In this document: piece by piece, positions 9,167 through 18,535 of the stretch | How positions within the stretch are numbered: position 1 is the stretch's first letter | Layout of the letters: each line of letters starts with the position of its first letter | DNA from: an uncultured Acidobacteriaceae bacterium | Lineage (GTDB): Bacteria > Acidobacteriota > Terriglobia > Terriglobales > Acidobacteriaceae | Reading direction: 5' to 3' | Length of the DNA: 64,000 nucleotides | Assembly (NCBI GenBank): GCA_963822025.1 | Contig: CAWGFW010000002.1 | Location: 23,068-87,067, forward strand | The notes under the pieces: model-generated | What the model saw: only the letters and a program-made list of their open reading frames with translations | What the model was told of the DNA's origin: nothing | Databases searched by the model: none | Made by a program: the position numbers and the translations under genes

Positions 9167-10525
9167 TTAAGAACGTGCTTCTTTCTTCGCCAGAAATCTC
9201 TCAATAAATCCCGTATCAAAATTCCCCGCGCGAAACTCGGGATCCATGAGAATACGCCGATGTAGAGGAATCGTGGTGTAAATCCCTTCCACAATAAACA
9301 TGCCCAGCGCCCGGCTCATGCGCGAGATGGCTTCGGCGCGATCTTTGCCTCGCACCACCAGCTTCGCAATCAGCGAATCATAATAAGGAGGAATCGTGCC
9401 CTCGGCATATGCCGCCGTGTCGATGCGCACGCCCGTCCCTCCCGGCGGATTGAAGGTCGTGATCTTGCCCGCCGAGGGCGTGAACTTCTCCGGATGCTCC
9501 GCGTTGATGCGACACTCGATCGCGTGCCCGCGATGGACGATCGGTCCCTGCAACACATCGGATAGCTTCGCGCCCGCAGCTATCATGATCTGGCTCTTCA
9601 CCAAATCCACGTCCGTGACCATTTCCGTAACCGGATGCTCCACCTGAATCCGCGTGTTCATCTCGATGAAGTAGAGCCGCCGCTGCTGATCCATGAGAAA
9701 TTCGATGGTGCCGGCATTGTGATAGCCGACGACGCTCAGCGTCTTGCTCAGCATGTCCCCGGTTTCCTCGCGCAGCTCGGGCGTCATCCGCACCGACGGC
9801 GACTCTTCCAGCAACTTCTGGTGACGCCGCTGAATCGAGCATTCGCGTTCTCCCAGGCTGACAACGTTGCCGTGCTCGTCGCCCAGCACCTGAAATTCAA
9901 TGTGGCGCGGATTCTCGACATAGCGCTCCAGGTAAAGGTCGCCATTACCAAAGGCGCCTGCCGCCTCCGATTGTGCCTGCCGATAGAGCGCAGGCAATTC
10001 GTCTTCGTTGCGCACAATGCGCATGCCGCGTCCGCCCCCGCCCGCTGTGGCTTTTACGATGACGGGAAAGCCGATCTGGCGCGCCCACTCGCGCGCTTCT
10101 TCAGCAGAAGCGACCACGCCGTCCGACCCCGGGACGATCGGCACTCCGTGCTGTTTCATGGCGGCGCGCGCCTTTTCTTTTTCACCCATCAAGCGTATGA
10201 CGTCGGGAGGTGGTCCGATGAACTTGATGTGGCAGGCCTCGCACACTTCCGCGAAATTAGCATTTTCCGAAAGCAAGCCATAGCCGGGATGAATGGCGTC
10301 GACGTTCGCGATTTCGGCGGCGCTGATCACCGCGGGAACGTTGAGGTAACTCTGCGCCAGTTGCGGCGGCCCAATGCAAATCGCTTCGTCGGCGAAGCGT
10401 ACGTGGAGCGAATTGCGATCCGCCTCACTGTAGATTGCTACCGAGCGGATGCCGAGTTCCTTGCACGCGCAAATCACGCGCAGCGCAATCTCGCCGCGAT
10501 TCGCCACTAAAATCTTATTGAACAT
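9167..10525 (-). CDS. accC: acetyl-CoA carboxylase biotin carboxylase subunit
   Basis: 452 aa. [18 protein letters not shown]-grasp GGGG(R/K)GMR, and [13 protein letters not shown]. Confidence 0.97.
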   Translation of the reverse strand: MFNKILVANRGEIALRVICACKELGIRSVAIYSEADRNSLHVRFADEAICIGPPQLAQSYLNVPAVISAAEIANVDAIHPGYGLLSENANFAEVCEACHIKFIGPPPDVIRLMGEKEKARAAMKQHGVPIVPGSDGVVASAEEAREWARQIGFPVIVKATAGGGGRGMRIVRNEDELPALYRQAQSEAAGAFGNGDLYLERYVENPRHIEFQVLGDEHGNVVSLGERECSIQRRHQKLLEESPSVRMTPELREETGDMLSKTLSVVGYHNAGTIEFLMDQQRRLYFIEMNTRIQVEHPVTEMVTDVDLVKSQIMIAAGAKLSDVLQGPIVHRGHAIECRINAEHPEKFTPSAGKITTFNPPGGTGVRIDTAAYAEGTIPPYYDSLIAKLVVRGKDRAEAISRMSRALGMFIVEGIYTTIPLHRRILMDPEFRAGNFDTGFIERFLAKKEARS

Positions 10526-10618
10526 GATTGCTTCGTGGAAAATTCAGTTGCCTGGGTGTGTTGTATCCGGTTGGTGTTAAACGGCCCGATGCCCCAGTCA
10601 CTCGATGATCCGATCTCT

Positions 10619-11107
10619 TCATTTTGCCGGACGAACGGCGAACAGTTCCTGTCCGTACTCGATGGGCTGGCCATTGGCCACGAGTTTCTTGACTAACTCT
10701 CCCGTTACGTCGCATTCGATTTCGTTCATCAGTTTCATCGCTTCCACAATGCACAACACCTGTCCTATTTCAAGCGTATCGCCCACCTTGACGAACGGTG
10801 GCGACCCAGGCGAGGGCGACTCGTAGAAAGTACCCACAATAGGCGACTTCACGATGTGCAGGCCTTCGTGAGGTTCGGGCGCGCCGCTCGCTGCCAGATC
10901 AACCCGAGCCGTCTGCGCAGCCGCGGTCGGAGTTGCCATCACCGGCGCGGGCTGCACCGCGATATATCGCGAATCGGGCAATGATGCCGGCGGAGGCTCC
11001 ACCGCGCGCTTGATCTTTACCTTGACATCGCCGCGCTCCAGCTCAAATTCGGCAATGTCCTTTTCGATTAAGAACTCGATAAGTTCTTTCAGCTCTTTTT
11101 GATTCAT
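10619..11107 (-). CDS. accB: acetyl-CoA carboxylase biotin carboxyl carrier protein
   Basis: 162 aa. Ala/Pro linker then the biotinyl domain with the EAMKLMNEIE biotinylation motif. Directly upstream of accC. Confidence 0.95.
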   Translation of the reverse strand: MNQKELKELIEFLIEKDIAEFELERGDVKVKIKRAVEPPPASLPDSRYIAVQPAPVMATPTAAAQTARVDLAASGAPEPHEGLHIVKSPIVGTFYESPSPGSPPFVKVGDTLEIGQVLCIVEAMKLMNEIECDVTGELVKKLVANGQPIEYGQELFAVRPAK

Positions 11108-11230
11108 GTATGAAGGTGGGTTCGCTTTGCTTTCACGGCATCTTTATGATGCTCAATTCGCATCAGGGTATCGCCTCAGCGACGCCACAATTTCTCTCGA
11201 TTTCAACGGCTCTCTCTCCGGGGTGTATGG

Positions 11231-12331
11231 CTAAATGACAACCAACTCTTTATCCGTGGGCGTCAGCACTTCGCAGCCCGAAGACGTCACCACCACCACA
11301 TCTTCGATCCGCACGCCCCACTTCCCCGGCACGTACGCGCCAGGCTCGATCGTAATCACCATTCCCGGCTCAAGGGGCAAATCCTGCCCGGCCGCCAACC
11401 GCGGCGCCTCGTGTATTTCCAATCCTAAACCATGCCCGGTCGAATGAGTAAAATAGCGCGCCAGTTTCCGCCGGCGAAGTACCCGCCGCGCAGCTCCATC
11501 GACTGCCGCCGCAGTCACGCCCGGGCCAACAGCCGCAATGGCGGCCAGTTGCGCTTCCAGCACGGCCTCATAAGCATATCGCGCCCGCGAAACTTGCCCC
11601 ACGTGCACCGTACGTGTGCGATCTGAACAATAACCGGCGAGTATAACACCAAAGTCACAGACCACGAACCCGCGACGCGGAATCCGCGCCTGCGAAGCCC
11701 GCCCATGCACAACTGCCGAACGCGCTCCAGCAGCCAGGATCGTCGAAAAGGACATGCCCTCGGCGCCCCCACACCTCGCCTCATATTCCATTGCAGCGGC
11801 AACTTCCACCTCCTTTACACCCGGCCGAATTCTCTCGCACGCAATTCGAAACAGACTGGCGCCCAATTTCACCGCCCTCCTAATGTGCACAATCTCGTCC
11901 GCGTCCTTGACCATGCGGGCGCGCTCCACCAGTGGCGGAGCGGAACGAAGCCGCACCTTCCCTCTCAACGCCGACGCCAGGCGATCGCGCATGCCTGCCG
12001 TGATCGACTCCACTTCGATGCCCACGCGGGCCCTCGCCGATCGTCCCGGGGGCGCCGCCAGCCACTCCGCAGCCGCCAGGGCTGGCGATTTGCGAGCAAT
12101 CACAATTCGCACATTGGGAACCTTCGCTCTCGCAATCTCGTCTCTCGCCTGCGTGCGATAGCGTCCGTCCGTAAAAAGCGTGCAGCCGCGATCCGCAACC
12201 AGTAAAGCAGCCGCGCTGCCGGTAAATCCGCAAAGATAGCGAACATTTGGAAGGTGCGTCACTAGCAAAAAGTCGAGCCGATTCTCATCAATCCCAGAAA
12301 GAAGACGATGCAGCCGGCCCGCATGATCCAT
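11231..12331 (-). CDS. M24 family Xaa-Pro aminopeptidase
   Basis: 366 aa. Creatinase-like N-domain plus pita-bread C-domain with H.TGHG.GLE.HE and ..EPG.Y..G..G.RIED. Confidence 0.9.
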   Translation of the reverse strand: MDHAGRLHRLLSGIDENRLDFLLVTHLPNVRYLCGFTGSAAALLVADRGCTLFTDGRYRTQARDEIARAKVPNVRIVIARKSPALAAAEWLAAPPGRSARARVGIEVESITAGMRDRLASALRGKVRLRSAPPLVERARMVKDADEIVHIRRAVKLGASLFRIACERIRPGVKEVEVAAAMEYEARCGGAEGMSFSTILAAGARSAVVHGRASQARIPRRGFVVCDFGVILAGYCSDRTRTVHVGQVSRARYAYEAVLEAQLAAIAAVGPGVTAAAVDGAARRVLRRRKLARYFTHSTGHGLGLEIHEAPRLAAGQDLPLEPGMVITIEPGAYVPGKWGVRIEDVVVVTSSGCEVLTPTDKELVVI

Positions 12332-12352
12332 GCAAGGAGTGTAGCAAGAAGC

Positions 12353-12417
12353 AGTTCTCAGTTCCCGGTTCTCAGCGCAAGCTTGTTCTGAGAACTGAGC
12401 ACCGGGAATTGAGAACT
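12353..12417. repeat. 65-nt inverted repeat built from AACTGAG-type heptamers
   Basis: AGTTCTCAGTTCCCGGTTCTCAG (12353-12375) pairs with CTGAGCACCGGGAATTGAGAACT (12395-12417): 21 Watson-Crick pairs, 1 G-T and 1 mismatch. The loop is centred on AAGCTT. Both arms are in 7-nt register. Confidence 0.7.
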
Positions 12418-12469
12418 CAAAGCAAAAGCCGCCGGGCTCTCGGCGGGTTCTCCGAGAAAGCCGGCGGCT
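12413..12469 (-). terminator. intrinsic terminator after pilQ
   Basis: On the minus strand, AGCCGCCGG...CCGGCGGCT (9-bp stem with an inner CTCGG/CCGAG hairpin) is followed by TTTTGCTTTG. Starts 33 nt after the pilQ stop. Confidence 0.6.
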
Positions 12470-12501
12470 ATAGCTGTTCTAACTTCGCGCCTACGTCTGA
12501 C

Positions 12502-14652
12502 TTATGTCTGAATAATGCGCGGAGTGATGAAGAAAATCAGTTCCTGGTTGGTCGTCGTCACCGTGCGATGCTTGAACAGGTTGCCGAGGTACGGGATGTC
12601 GCCGAGCAGCGGCACCTGTGATACGTTGAGCGAGTTGTTGGTCTGAATCACACCGCCGATCACCACCGTGCCTCCATCTGTAACCAGCACCTGCGTGGTG
12701 GCCTGCTGGGTGATCAGTTCCGGGTTGCCCAGACTGTCTTCCTGTCCGAAGTTCGGCAGAGTGTTTTCCACATCCACGTTGAGGAAGATTGTTCCTTCCG
12801 ACGTGATCTGCGGAGTTACCGTCAGCCGAAGAAAAGCATCGACATAGGTAGCGGTCGCAGGAGAGCCGATCGACGCCGCGGTCATGATCGGAATCTTGAC
12901 GCCCTGCTTCACCACCGCCTGAATGTTGTTCTGGGTGACTACTCGCGGACGGGAGAGAATCTTCAGCAGGCCGCGAGACTCGGCCATGGTGAGAATCATG
13001 TCGATCCGCATGTTGTTGGTTGCGTTTACAAATTGCAGACCGCTGGTCGGCCCGACTGCGCCCAGGTTCGAGAACAGAGGAACCGTCGTTCCGGTCGAAG
13101 GCGTGCCGCCAACCGGATATAAAGGATTGGGAACCGAGCCACCGCCCACAACGATCGGCGATTGCCCCACCCCGCCTACGCCGCCCACGCCGGTCGTGCC
13201 ATTGCCCCAGCCTAGGCCAAGCTGAACGCCTATGTCGCGCGCAAAGCTGCGGGTGGCCGCCACGACGCGGGCTTCAATTTCGACTTCCTGCGTCTTGCGA
13301 TCCATCTGCTGGATGATGCGGTCGATTTGCGGCAGCACCGCTGGAATGTCGTTAACGATCAGCGAATTGGTACGTTCGTCCGCCACCACGTCGCCGCGCT
13401 GGCTCAGGAATTTCTTGATCGGCAGCAACAGGTCCTTGGCATGCGCGTAACTCAGGAAGCGCGTGATGCTGACTTTATCCACCGCCAGCGCCTCGGCATC
13501 GATTTGCGCGCGCCGTCCCTCGGCTTCCTTGCGCAGGGTTTCGACGGTTGCAATGCGCAGGACGTTGCCGTCCAGTTGCCGCGAGAGATCGTTGTTCTTG
13601 AGCACGATGTCGAGCGCTTGATCCCACGGCACGTCATCGAGCACGATGGTCAGATTGCCATGAATCATAGGGTCGAGAACGACGTTCAATCCGCTGATCT
13701 CGTGAATCAGGCGGAAGAAATCTTTCAAATCCACATCCTTGAGATTGACCGAGATCGGCTCGCCGGTATATTTTGCTCCGCGGTCTGCCGGCTTCTGTTC
13801 CATCTGGACCTTCTGCTCGGCTGCTAAATTGACGGCGGGAGTGATCGGCACCGGAGTGCTGCTACCCTGGCCCATGGCTGCGTTGCTGTTGCTGGCCACG
13901 AGTTCTGCCGCGGTCTTATCGGCAAAACGGCTGGCTGCTTCCTGCGATTTCGCCGCAGGTTCGGAGGCCGCAGGCGGAGTCGCATTGTCATCTTTCTTGG
14001 GCGAGAACTTGGGCTCGATAAAGGCAAAGTCCGACGGCTTTTCCGGGCTTGCCGCCGCGGCAGGCGCGGGTGTTACGACCGTTGCGGTTGCCGCCGGAGC
14101 CGGAGTTACTGGAGACGCGGTAGCCGAGGTCATCGGAGCCGAAACTGGAGCGGAAACCGGCGTCGGTCGCGGCGCGGCCGAGGCCACTTGCTTCAGGGAC
14201 GGTGTCCCCGCCTGGCGATGAGCCACGATGGCGTCGTGAATCGTAAGAACGAAGCTGCCGTCCGGGCCGGCGACCAGATCATGCGGGCGGCCAGTGGAAT
14301 CGCTTGTGGCCAGATCGACGACCACGCGCGTGCTCGGCGAAACTCCGCCGCTCATGCCCACGCGGACGTTTTTCACGCCGTCGCTGCCCACGCTGATGTG
14401 GCTCTGTCCCGTCGCCATCACGGTGTTGGGAAAATCGACGACGATGCGTGCCGGGGACTCGAGCGTCGTCAGTTTGGGCGCCAATTGGCCCGTCGCTCTG
14501 AACTCCACCCGCAATCCGTCCTGGCTGTGCGCGACCTCGAGCCTCTGCAAGCGAGCGCTCGCCGCCACCTCTTTGCCCGTCGTGTCAGCCGCGGCCGCGA
14601 TCAGAACGAACGCCAGCAGCGAAACCGTGAGTCCCAGCAGTTGCTTTCGCAT
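12502..14652 (-). CDS. pilQ: type IV pilus secretin PilQ
   Basis: 716 aa. Signal peptide, AMIN-like N-domain, Ala/Pro-rich linker, secretin N-domains, and a C-terminal secretin core (..VPLLGDIPYLGNLF...ELIFFITPRII). Last gene of pilMNOPQ. Confidence 0.9.
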   Translation of the reverse strand: MRKQLLGLTVSLLAFVLIAAAADTTGKEVAASARLQRLEVAHSQDGLRVEFRATGQLAPKLTTLESPARIVVDFPNTVMATGQSHISVGSDGVKNVRVGMSGGVSPSTRVVVDLATSDSTGRPHDLVAGPDGSFVLTIHDAIVAHRQAGTPSLKQVASAAPRPTPVSAPVSAPMTSATASPVTPAPAATATVVTPAPAAAASPEKPSDFAFIEPKFSPKKDDNATPPAASEPAAKSQEAASRFADKTAAELVASNSNAAMGQGSSTPVPITPAVNLAAEQKVQMEQKPADRGAKYTGEPISVNLKDVDLKDFFRLIHEISGLNVVLDPMIHGNLTIVLDDVPWDQALDIVLKNNDLSRQLDGNVLRIATVETLRKEAEGRRAQIDAEALAVDKVSITRFLSYAHAKDLLLPIKKFLSQRGDVVADERTNSLIVNDIPAVLPQIDRIIQQMDRKTQEVEIEARVVAATRSFARDIGVQLGLGWGNGTTGVGGVGGVGQSPIVVGGGSVPNPLYPVGGTPSTGTTVPLFSNLGAVGPTSGLQFVNATNNMRIDMILTMAESRGLLKILSRPRVVTQNNIQAVVKQGVKIPIMTAASIGSPATATYVDAFLRLTVTPQITSEGTIFLNVDVENTLPNFGQEDSLGNPELITQQATTQVLVTDGGTVVIGGVIQTNNSLNVSQVPLLGDIPYLGNLFKHRTVTTTNQELIFFITPRIIQT

Positions 14653-14693
14653 TTCCCTGTCTCCCCATGCGAGGCCATTTTCGCCTCCATGTG

Positions 14694-14735
14694 CTTCCTG
14701 GAATGTGTTTCCTGGAATCTGTTTCCCGGAAATAT
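14694..14735. repeat. three tandem 14-bp repeats, each with a palindromic TTCCNGGAA core
   Basis: CTTCCTGGAATGTG / TTTCCTGGAATCTG / TTTCCCGGAAATAT read directly in the pilP-pilQ intergenic spacer. Confidence 0.75.
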
Positions 14736-14759
14736 TGCCTCGAACTTTCGCCCCCAGCC

Positions 14760-15518
14760 CTACACCGCCGGAGTCGTAATCTTCTTCACCACTTCCCGTG
14801 TAAAGCTCTTGCCCAGCCGGTCCTGCAGCGTTTCCTGGAAAACGATGGAGTCGCCCGTGATCTTCATCACGTAGCCGTTGAACACCGGATCGTTTTCCCG
14901 CAAGAAATACGCTTTATTCAGGCCGTTGCTGACGACCGCGATGAATCCGTTCTGCGACCGCACCACGCCCCGCAGGTTGATGCCACCGATCTCCAGGCAC
15001 TTCTTACCCGTGCTGCAACCGGAACCGCCCGCATGGCTCACCACCGGACTGAGAAAAGGATCACGCCGTCCGTTCGCGCTGTTCTTGCTGTCCGGGGTCA
15101 CCGGCTGCTCCGTCTCCGCCTGCTCCGCGTCCTCGCCTTCCCCAGCGCCCTTCGCGGGTTCGGCCGCGGCTACCGCAGCTTTCGCAGTTTCGACAGCCTT
15201 GGGCGGCGCGCTCGGACGGGTCCCGACGATCGCCACATGTCTGGCACCCGGCTTTCTGGCACCTGAGTGTTTCGCGCTCATCGGACCGGCGCCCGTCGCG
15301 ACTTTCATCGGCGCGGCATGCACGCGCATCGGGCTGGTCGTTGCCGGAGCACTCTGTTCGAGGGCTTCGTTCGACGCAGCCGTGTTCTTGCTCGACACCG
15401 CGTTCATGGTGTTGCGCGTGTTCTGGATAATGCTGGGACTCTGCGCCCAGGCCATGCCCCCGGCCAGCGCCGAAACCAGTATTGCCGTCTTCATCGTGTT
15501 TGCTGGCTTCCTGTTCAT
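14760..15518 (-). CDS. pilP: PilP-like pilus assembly protein
   Basis: Lies between pilO and pilQ. Signal peptide (MKTAILVSALAGGMAWAQ), long low-complexity Ala/Pro/Ser region, and a beta-rich C-terminal ~90 aa. Start set at ATG 15518 (AAGGGGGA SD) rather than 15584, which avoids a 56-nt overlap with pilO. Confidence 0.65.
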   Translation of the reverse strand: MNRKPANTMKTAILVSALAGGMAWAQSPSIIQNTRNTMNAVSSKNTAASNEALEQSAPATTSPMRVHAAPMKVATGAGPMSAKHSGARKPGARHVAIVGTRPSAPPKAVETAKAAVAAAEPAKGAGEGEDAEQAETEQPVTPDSKNSANGRRDPFLSPVVSHAGGSGCSTGKKCLEIGGINLRGVVRSQNGFIAVVSNGLNKAYFLRENDPVFNGYVMKITGDSIVFQETLQDRLGKSFTREVVKKITTPAV

Positions 15519-15528
15519 CCTGTCCCCC

Positions 15529-16161
15529 TTACTTCTTTGCCGGTGGTCCGGGCTTCCCTGCCGGCGTTCCCGGATCCAGATCATGACTGAAATAGGTGGT
15601 GGTCAGACAAGTCGCCACCACGCTCTCGCCCGGCGCATATTGATAGGTATGCTTCGCCTTCGCATCGCTCGGCTTGCGTGTGGTCGATACCGCCAGATTC
15701 GAAACGTTGACGATGCGCTCCACTTTTCCCAGCCGGTCGAAGAACCCCAGCATCGAATAAAATGGTCCGTCGAACTCCACTTCAAACGGCACTTCCGTAT
15801 AAAACTCCTTCGCAATATAAGGCTTCGCTGTGTAGCGGCGGATTTCAATGCCCGACTTGCGCGCTTCTCCGCTCACCATGCGCATGAAATTATCGACTTC
15901 TTTTTCATCGGGTACGATGCGCCGCTCGATTTCCAGTTGCTGCTTCAAGCTCGCCAGCTGCCGGTCCATATCCGCCAGCTTCGGCTTATAGGCTTCGAGC
16001 TCCGCGTTCTCGCGTAATTTCGATTGCAGCTTGACCCGCGCCGCATCGTTCTGGTCGCGCTGCGTCTTATACACCGTGTAGTAGAGGCCGCCCGTGATCA
16101 CGGCCGCCCCCAGCACCAGCACTCCCAGCAGCTTCACACCTGTCAATTCGCCAAGATTCAT
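15529..16161 (-). CDS. pilO: type IV pilus assembly protein PilO
   Basis: 210 aa. Single N-terminal TM segment, coiled coil, then a ferredoxin-like C-domain. Position in the operon supports the call. Confidence 0.8.
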   Translation of the reverse strand: MNLGELTGVKLLGVLVLGAAVITGGLYYTVYKTQRDQNDAARVKLQSKLRENAELEAYKPKLADMDRQLASLKQQLEIERRIVPDEKEVDNFMRMVSGEARKSGIEIRRYTAKPYIAKEFYTEVPFEVEFDGPFYSMLGFFDRLGKVERIVNVSNLAVSTTRKPSDAKAKHTYQYAPGESVVATCLTTTYFSHDLDPGTPAGKPGPPAKK

Positions 16162-16175
16162 AAGAGGTTCCGCCT

Positions 16176-16763
16176 TTACGACTTCGCCTTTTCGCAGGTG
16201 AGCGTGAACTGGAATGCCTGCATGTCCTTCACGCCCTCGTCCTGATAACTTTCTTTGATCTCGATGTTGCGGAAGAATCCTGTCTTTTGCAGGTTGGTAA
16301 TCAGGTTGGCGACCGCATCGCTCGACAGCGCCGTCCCATCGATGGCCACATTCGCTCCCTGGTCCTGCATGCTGTTCAACCAGACCGCCTCGGTGCCGTT
16401 CACCGTGTCGGCAAGCATCGACAGCAAGCTGACCGGGCCGGTCTGGTCTTTACGCAGCTGGTCAATCACATCGACCCGCCGCTTGTAAGATTCGGCTTGT
16501 TTCTGCCGCTCCAGATACTTGACCTTGATGTCGGCCAGGGTGCGATTCTTCTGCTCTGCCGCGCGGGCCTGCACATCGATCGACTTCTTTTCCCGATCGA
16601 GCTGGTACCAGTAGGCCGCATTGACCGCGCCCGCAATCAGCAAGACCACTGCCACCTGCAGCACCGGTCCGCCCAGGTTGCCGAGATCGAAGCTCGGCAT
16701 GTTGATCGCCGGGCCCTTCTTGCCTTTCGGTTTTGGGGATCCCAACAGATTGATTCGGATCAT
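16176..16763 (-). CDS. pilN: type IV pilus assembly protein PilN
   Basis: 195 aa. Conserved MIRINLL N-terminus, one TM segment and a coiled coil. Start overlaps the pilM stop by 4 nt. Confidence 0.85.
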   Translation of the reverse strand: MIRINLLGSPKPKGKKGPAINMPSFDLGNLGGPVLQVAVVLLIAGAVNAAYWYQLDREKKSIDVQARAAEQKNRTLADIKVKYLERQKQAESYKRRVDVIDQLRKDQTGPVSLLSMLADTVNGTEAVWLNSMQDQGANVAIDGTALSSDAVANLITNLQKTGFFRNIEIKESYQDEGVKDMQAFQFTLTCEKAKS

Positions 16764-17815
16764 AGCTTTTCAAAGCTCCTCAGGGCCAAACCCACCGCCA
16801 CCGCCAACTGGCCGGCATTCTGTTCGACCAGTTCCGCCCCGGCGCCCTCTGCCGGCGCCAGAACTTTCTGGAACGGATTGAACAACTCGACCGGCATCGA
16901 GAACTCCTGCCGCAAAGCTTCCACCAGTCCCGGAACCTTTGCCGATCCTCCCGCCAGATAAATCTTCTCGATGTGCTCGCCTGCCGCGCTGGCGCGGAAG
17001 AAGTCAAATGTCTTCTGGATTTCCAGCACGATTATTTCCGTCACCTGTTGCAGGATGGGCGTCTTCGCGTCGTCCTGCACCGTGCCCACCTTGCGCCCCA
17101 GCTTCAGCGACTCCGCATCATCAAAACTCAAATCCAGTTCTTTCTGCAGCGAATCGGTGTACTGGTGCCCGCCCACGGAAACGTCGCGCGGGAAGAGCGG
17201 CGTCGTGCCCTTCACGATGTTGATGTTCATCACGCTCGCGCCCAGGTTGAGCAGCGCCACCACCTGCGTTGGAGCCGGCTCGTAATTGAACTCGTAGCAG
17301 TTCTGCAAAGCCAGCGCGTCGATATCCACAATAGCCGGAGTCTTGCCCGCCATCGAGAGTACGTTGGTGTAGTTCAGAATCTTGTCTTTCTTCACGGCCA
17401 CCAGCAGCACGTCCATCGTCGGACTGCTCGCGTCGTCGGAAAGAATCTGATAGTCGAGGTTCACGTCAGCGAGATCAAACGGAATGTGCTGCGCCGCTTC
17501 TTTCTGAATGGTCTCGGCCAGTTCCTGATCGCTCATCGAGGGCAACGAAATTTTCTTCACGATCACCGAGTGCCCGCTGACCGCCGTCGCCACTGCCTTC
17601 GACTTGATCATCGTGTCCGTAAACAGCTTGGCAATGGCTGCCGAAACCGTGCCGGAATCGACAATCATCGAATCGACAACGATGTCGGGCGCGATCGGCT
17701 CCAGGCCGAGATGCGCCACCTCGATTCCCGTGCGTGTTCTCCTGAGCTCGACGGCCTTGATGCTCGATGAGCCTACATCCAGACCCACTATCGTTTTCGA
17801 TCCCATTCCAAACAT
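16760..17815 (-). CDS. pilM: type IV pilus assembly protein PilM
   Basis: 351 aa actin-like ATPase fold (..VGLDVGSSSIKAVEL.., ..YLAGG.A...GL). First structural gene of the operon. Confidence 0.92.
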   Translation of the reverse strand: MFGMGSKTIVGLDVGSSSIKAVELRRTRTGIEVAHLGLEPIAPDIVVDSMIVDSGTVSAAIAKLFTDTMIKSKAVATAVSGHSVIVKKISLPSMSDQELAETIQKEAAQHIPFDLADVNLDYQILSDDASSPTMDVLLVAVKKDKILNYTNVLSMAGKTPAIVDIDALALQNCYEFNYEPAPTQVVALLNLGASVMNINIVKGTTPLFPRDVSVGGHQYTDSLQKELDLSFDDAESLKLGRKVGTVQDDAKTPILQQVTEIIVLEIQKTFDFFRASAAGEHIEKIYLAGGSAKVPGLVEALRQEFSMPVELFNPFQKVLAPAEGAGAELVEQNAGQLAVAVGLALRSFEKL

Positions 17816-17843
17816 GTCTGCCTCGTCAGCCTGCGAAGTTCGT

Positions 17844-18080
17844 TTACGGAGTTCCGGCAGCCTTCATCGCTGCCTTGATTTTTTTCTTGTCTTGCGGTTC
17901 CGTCTCCATCGACTTTTCTTCCATCCACTGATCGATCTTCGATTTCTTGAAGCGCCAGCGGTTGCCCAACTTGAACGCCGGAATCTTTTGTTCGTTCACA
18001 TACTTGTAAAGCGTGTCCGGACTCACTCCCAGATACTGCGAAGCTTGACGAATATTCATCACTTCTCGCGAGTCGGCCAT
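17844..18080 (-). CDS. excisionase/MerR-type helix-turn-helix DNA-binding protein
   Basis: MNIRQASQYLGVSPDTLYKYVNEQKIPAFKLGNRWRFKKSKIDQW matches the excisionase-family HTH pattern. Start placed at MADSREV (18080); the ORF is open to 18146. Confidence 0.75.
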   Translation of the reverse strand: MADSREVMNIRQASQYLGVSPDTLYKYVNEQKIPAFKLGNRWRFKKSKIDQWMEEKSMETEPQDKKKIKAAMKAAGTP

Positions 18081-18535
18081 TAATGTTTCCTGCGCGTACT
18101 TGTGTTGTTGGTGTGCTGAGCATATCTCAACCGGAAGCAAGGGCATCTCAACCCGAATGTCCCGGTTTTATTGGTTTTTATGGGGTTTTTCTGGATTGCG
18201 CAATTTGCAGGCTTACAAACGATCTCTATATATTGCTATCGGTCAAGGTTTGAACACTACAGGTAGTAGTCCGATCACGAATCGAGCTCTGGTCACCCAA
18301 CTCTGAGTAACTAAGGTACTAGAGACGGTACGGAAGTACTTGCACGGGCGCGCAAGCCGCTGAAAATGCGACCACTGCTTCACTTCCTGCTACACGAGAA
18401 AAGGTGATCTTAGTGCGCTTTCAGCTTGATTTTTCGCGCAGGCGCGCCTTTATTGCTACGACAACATCCGCCGCGCTGCCAAGTCGAAGCCCTCGTCCGA
18501 GCCAGCATCTCTCTGCAGAAAATCACAGCCAGACT

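Noticed and set aside
14878-16017. 379-aa ORF antisense to pilP/pilO (also 16973-17770 against pilM, 9635-10510 against accC, 36489-37268 against the M1 peptidase, 42945-43604 against uvrB, 59896-60549 and 60530-61249 against hypD/E)
   Set aside because: All lie inside strongly supported genes on the opposite strand and show biased Arg/Ala/Pro composition without motifs.
18190-18207. Sigma-54-like TGG-N..-TTGC element in the pil upstream region
   Set aside because: The GG-to-GC spacing is 2 nt too long for the -24/-12 consensus, and the element is on the plus strand, pointing away from the minus-strand pil operon.
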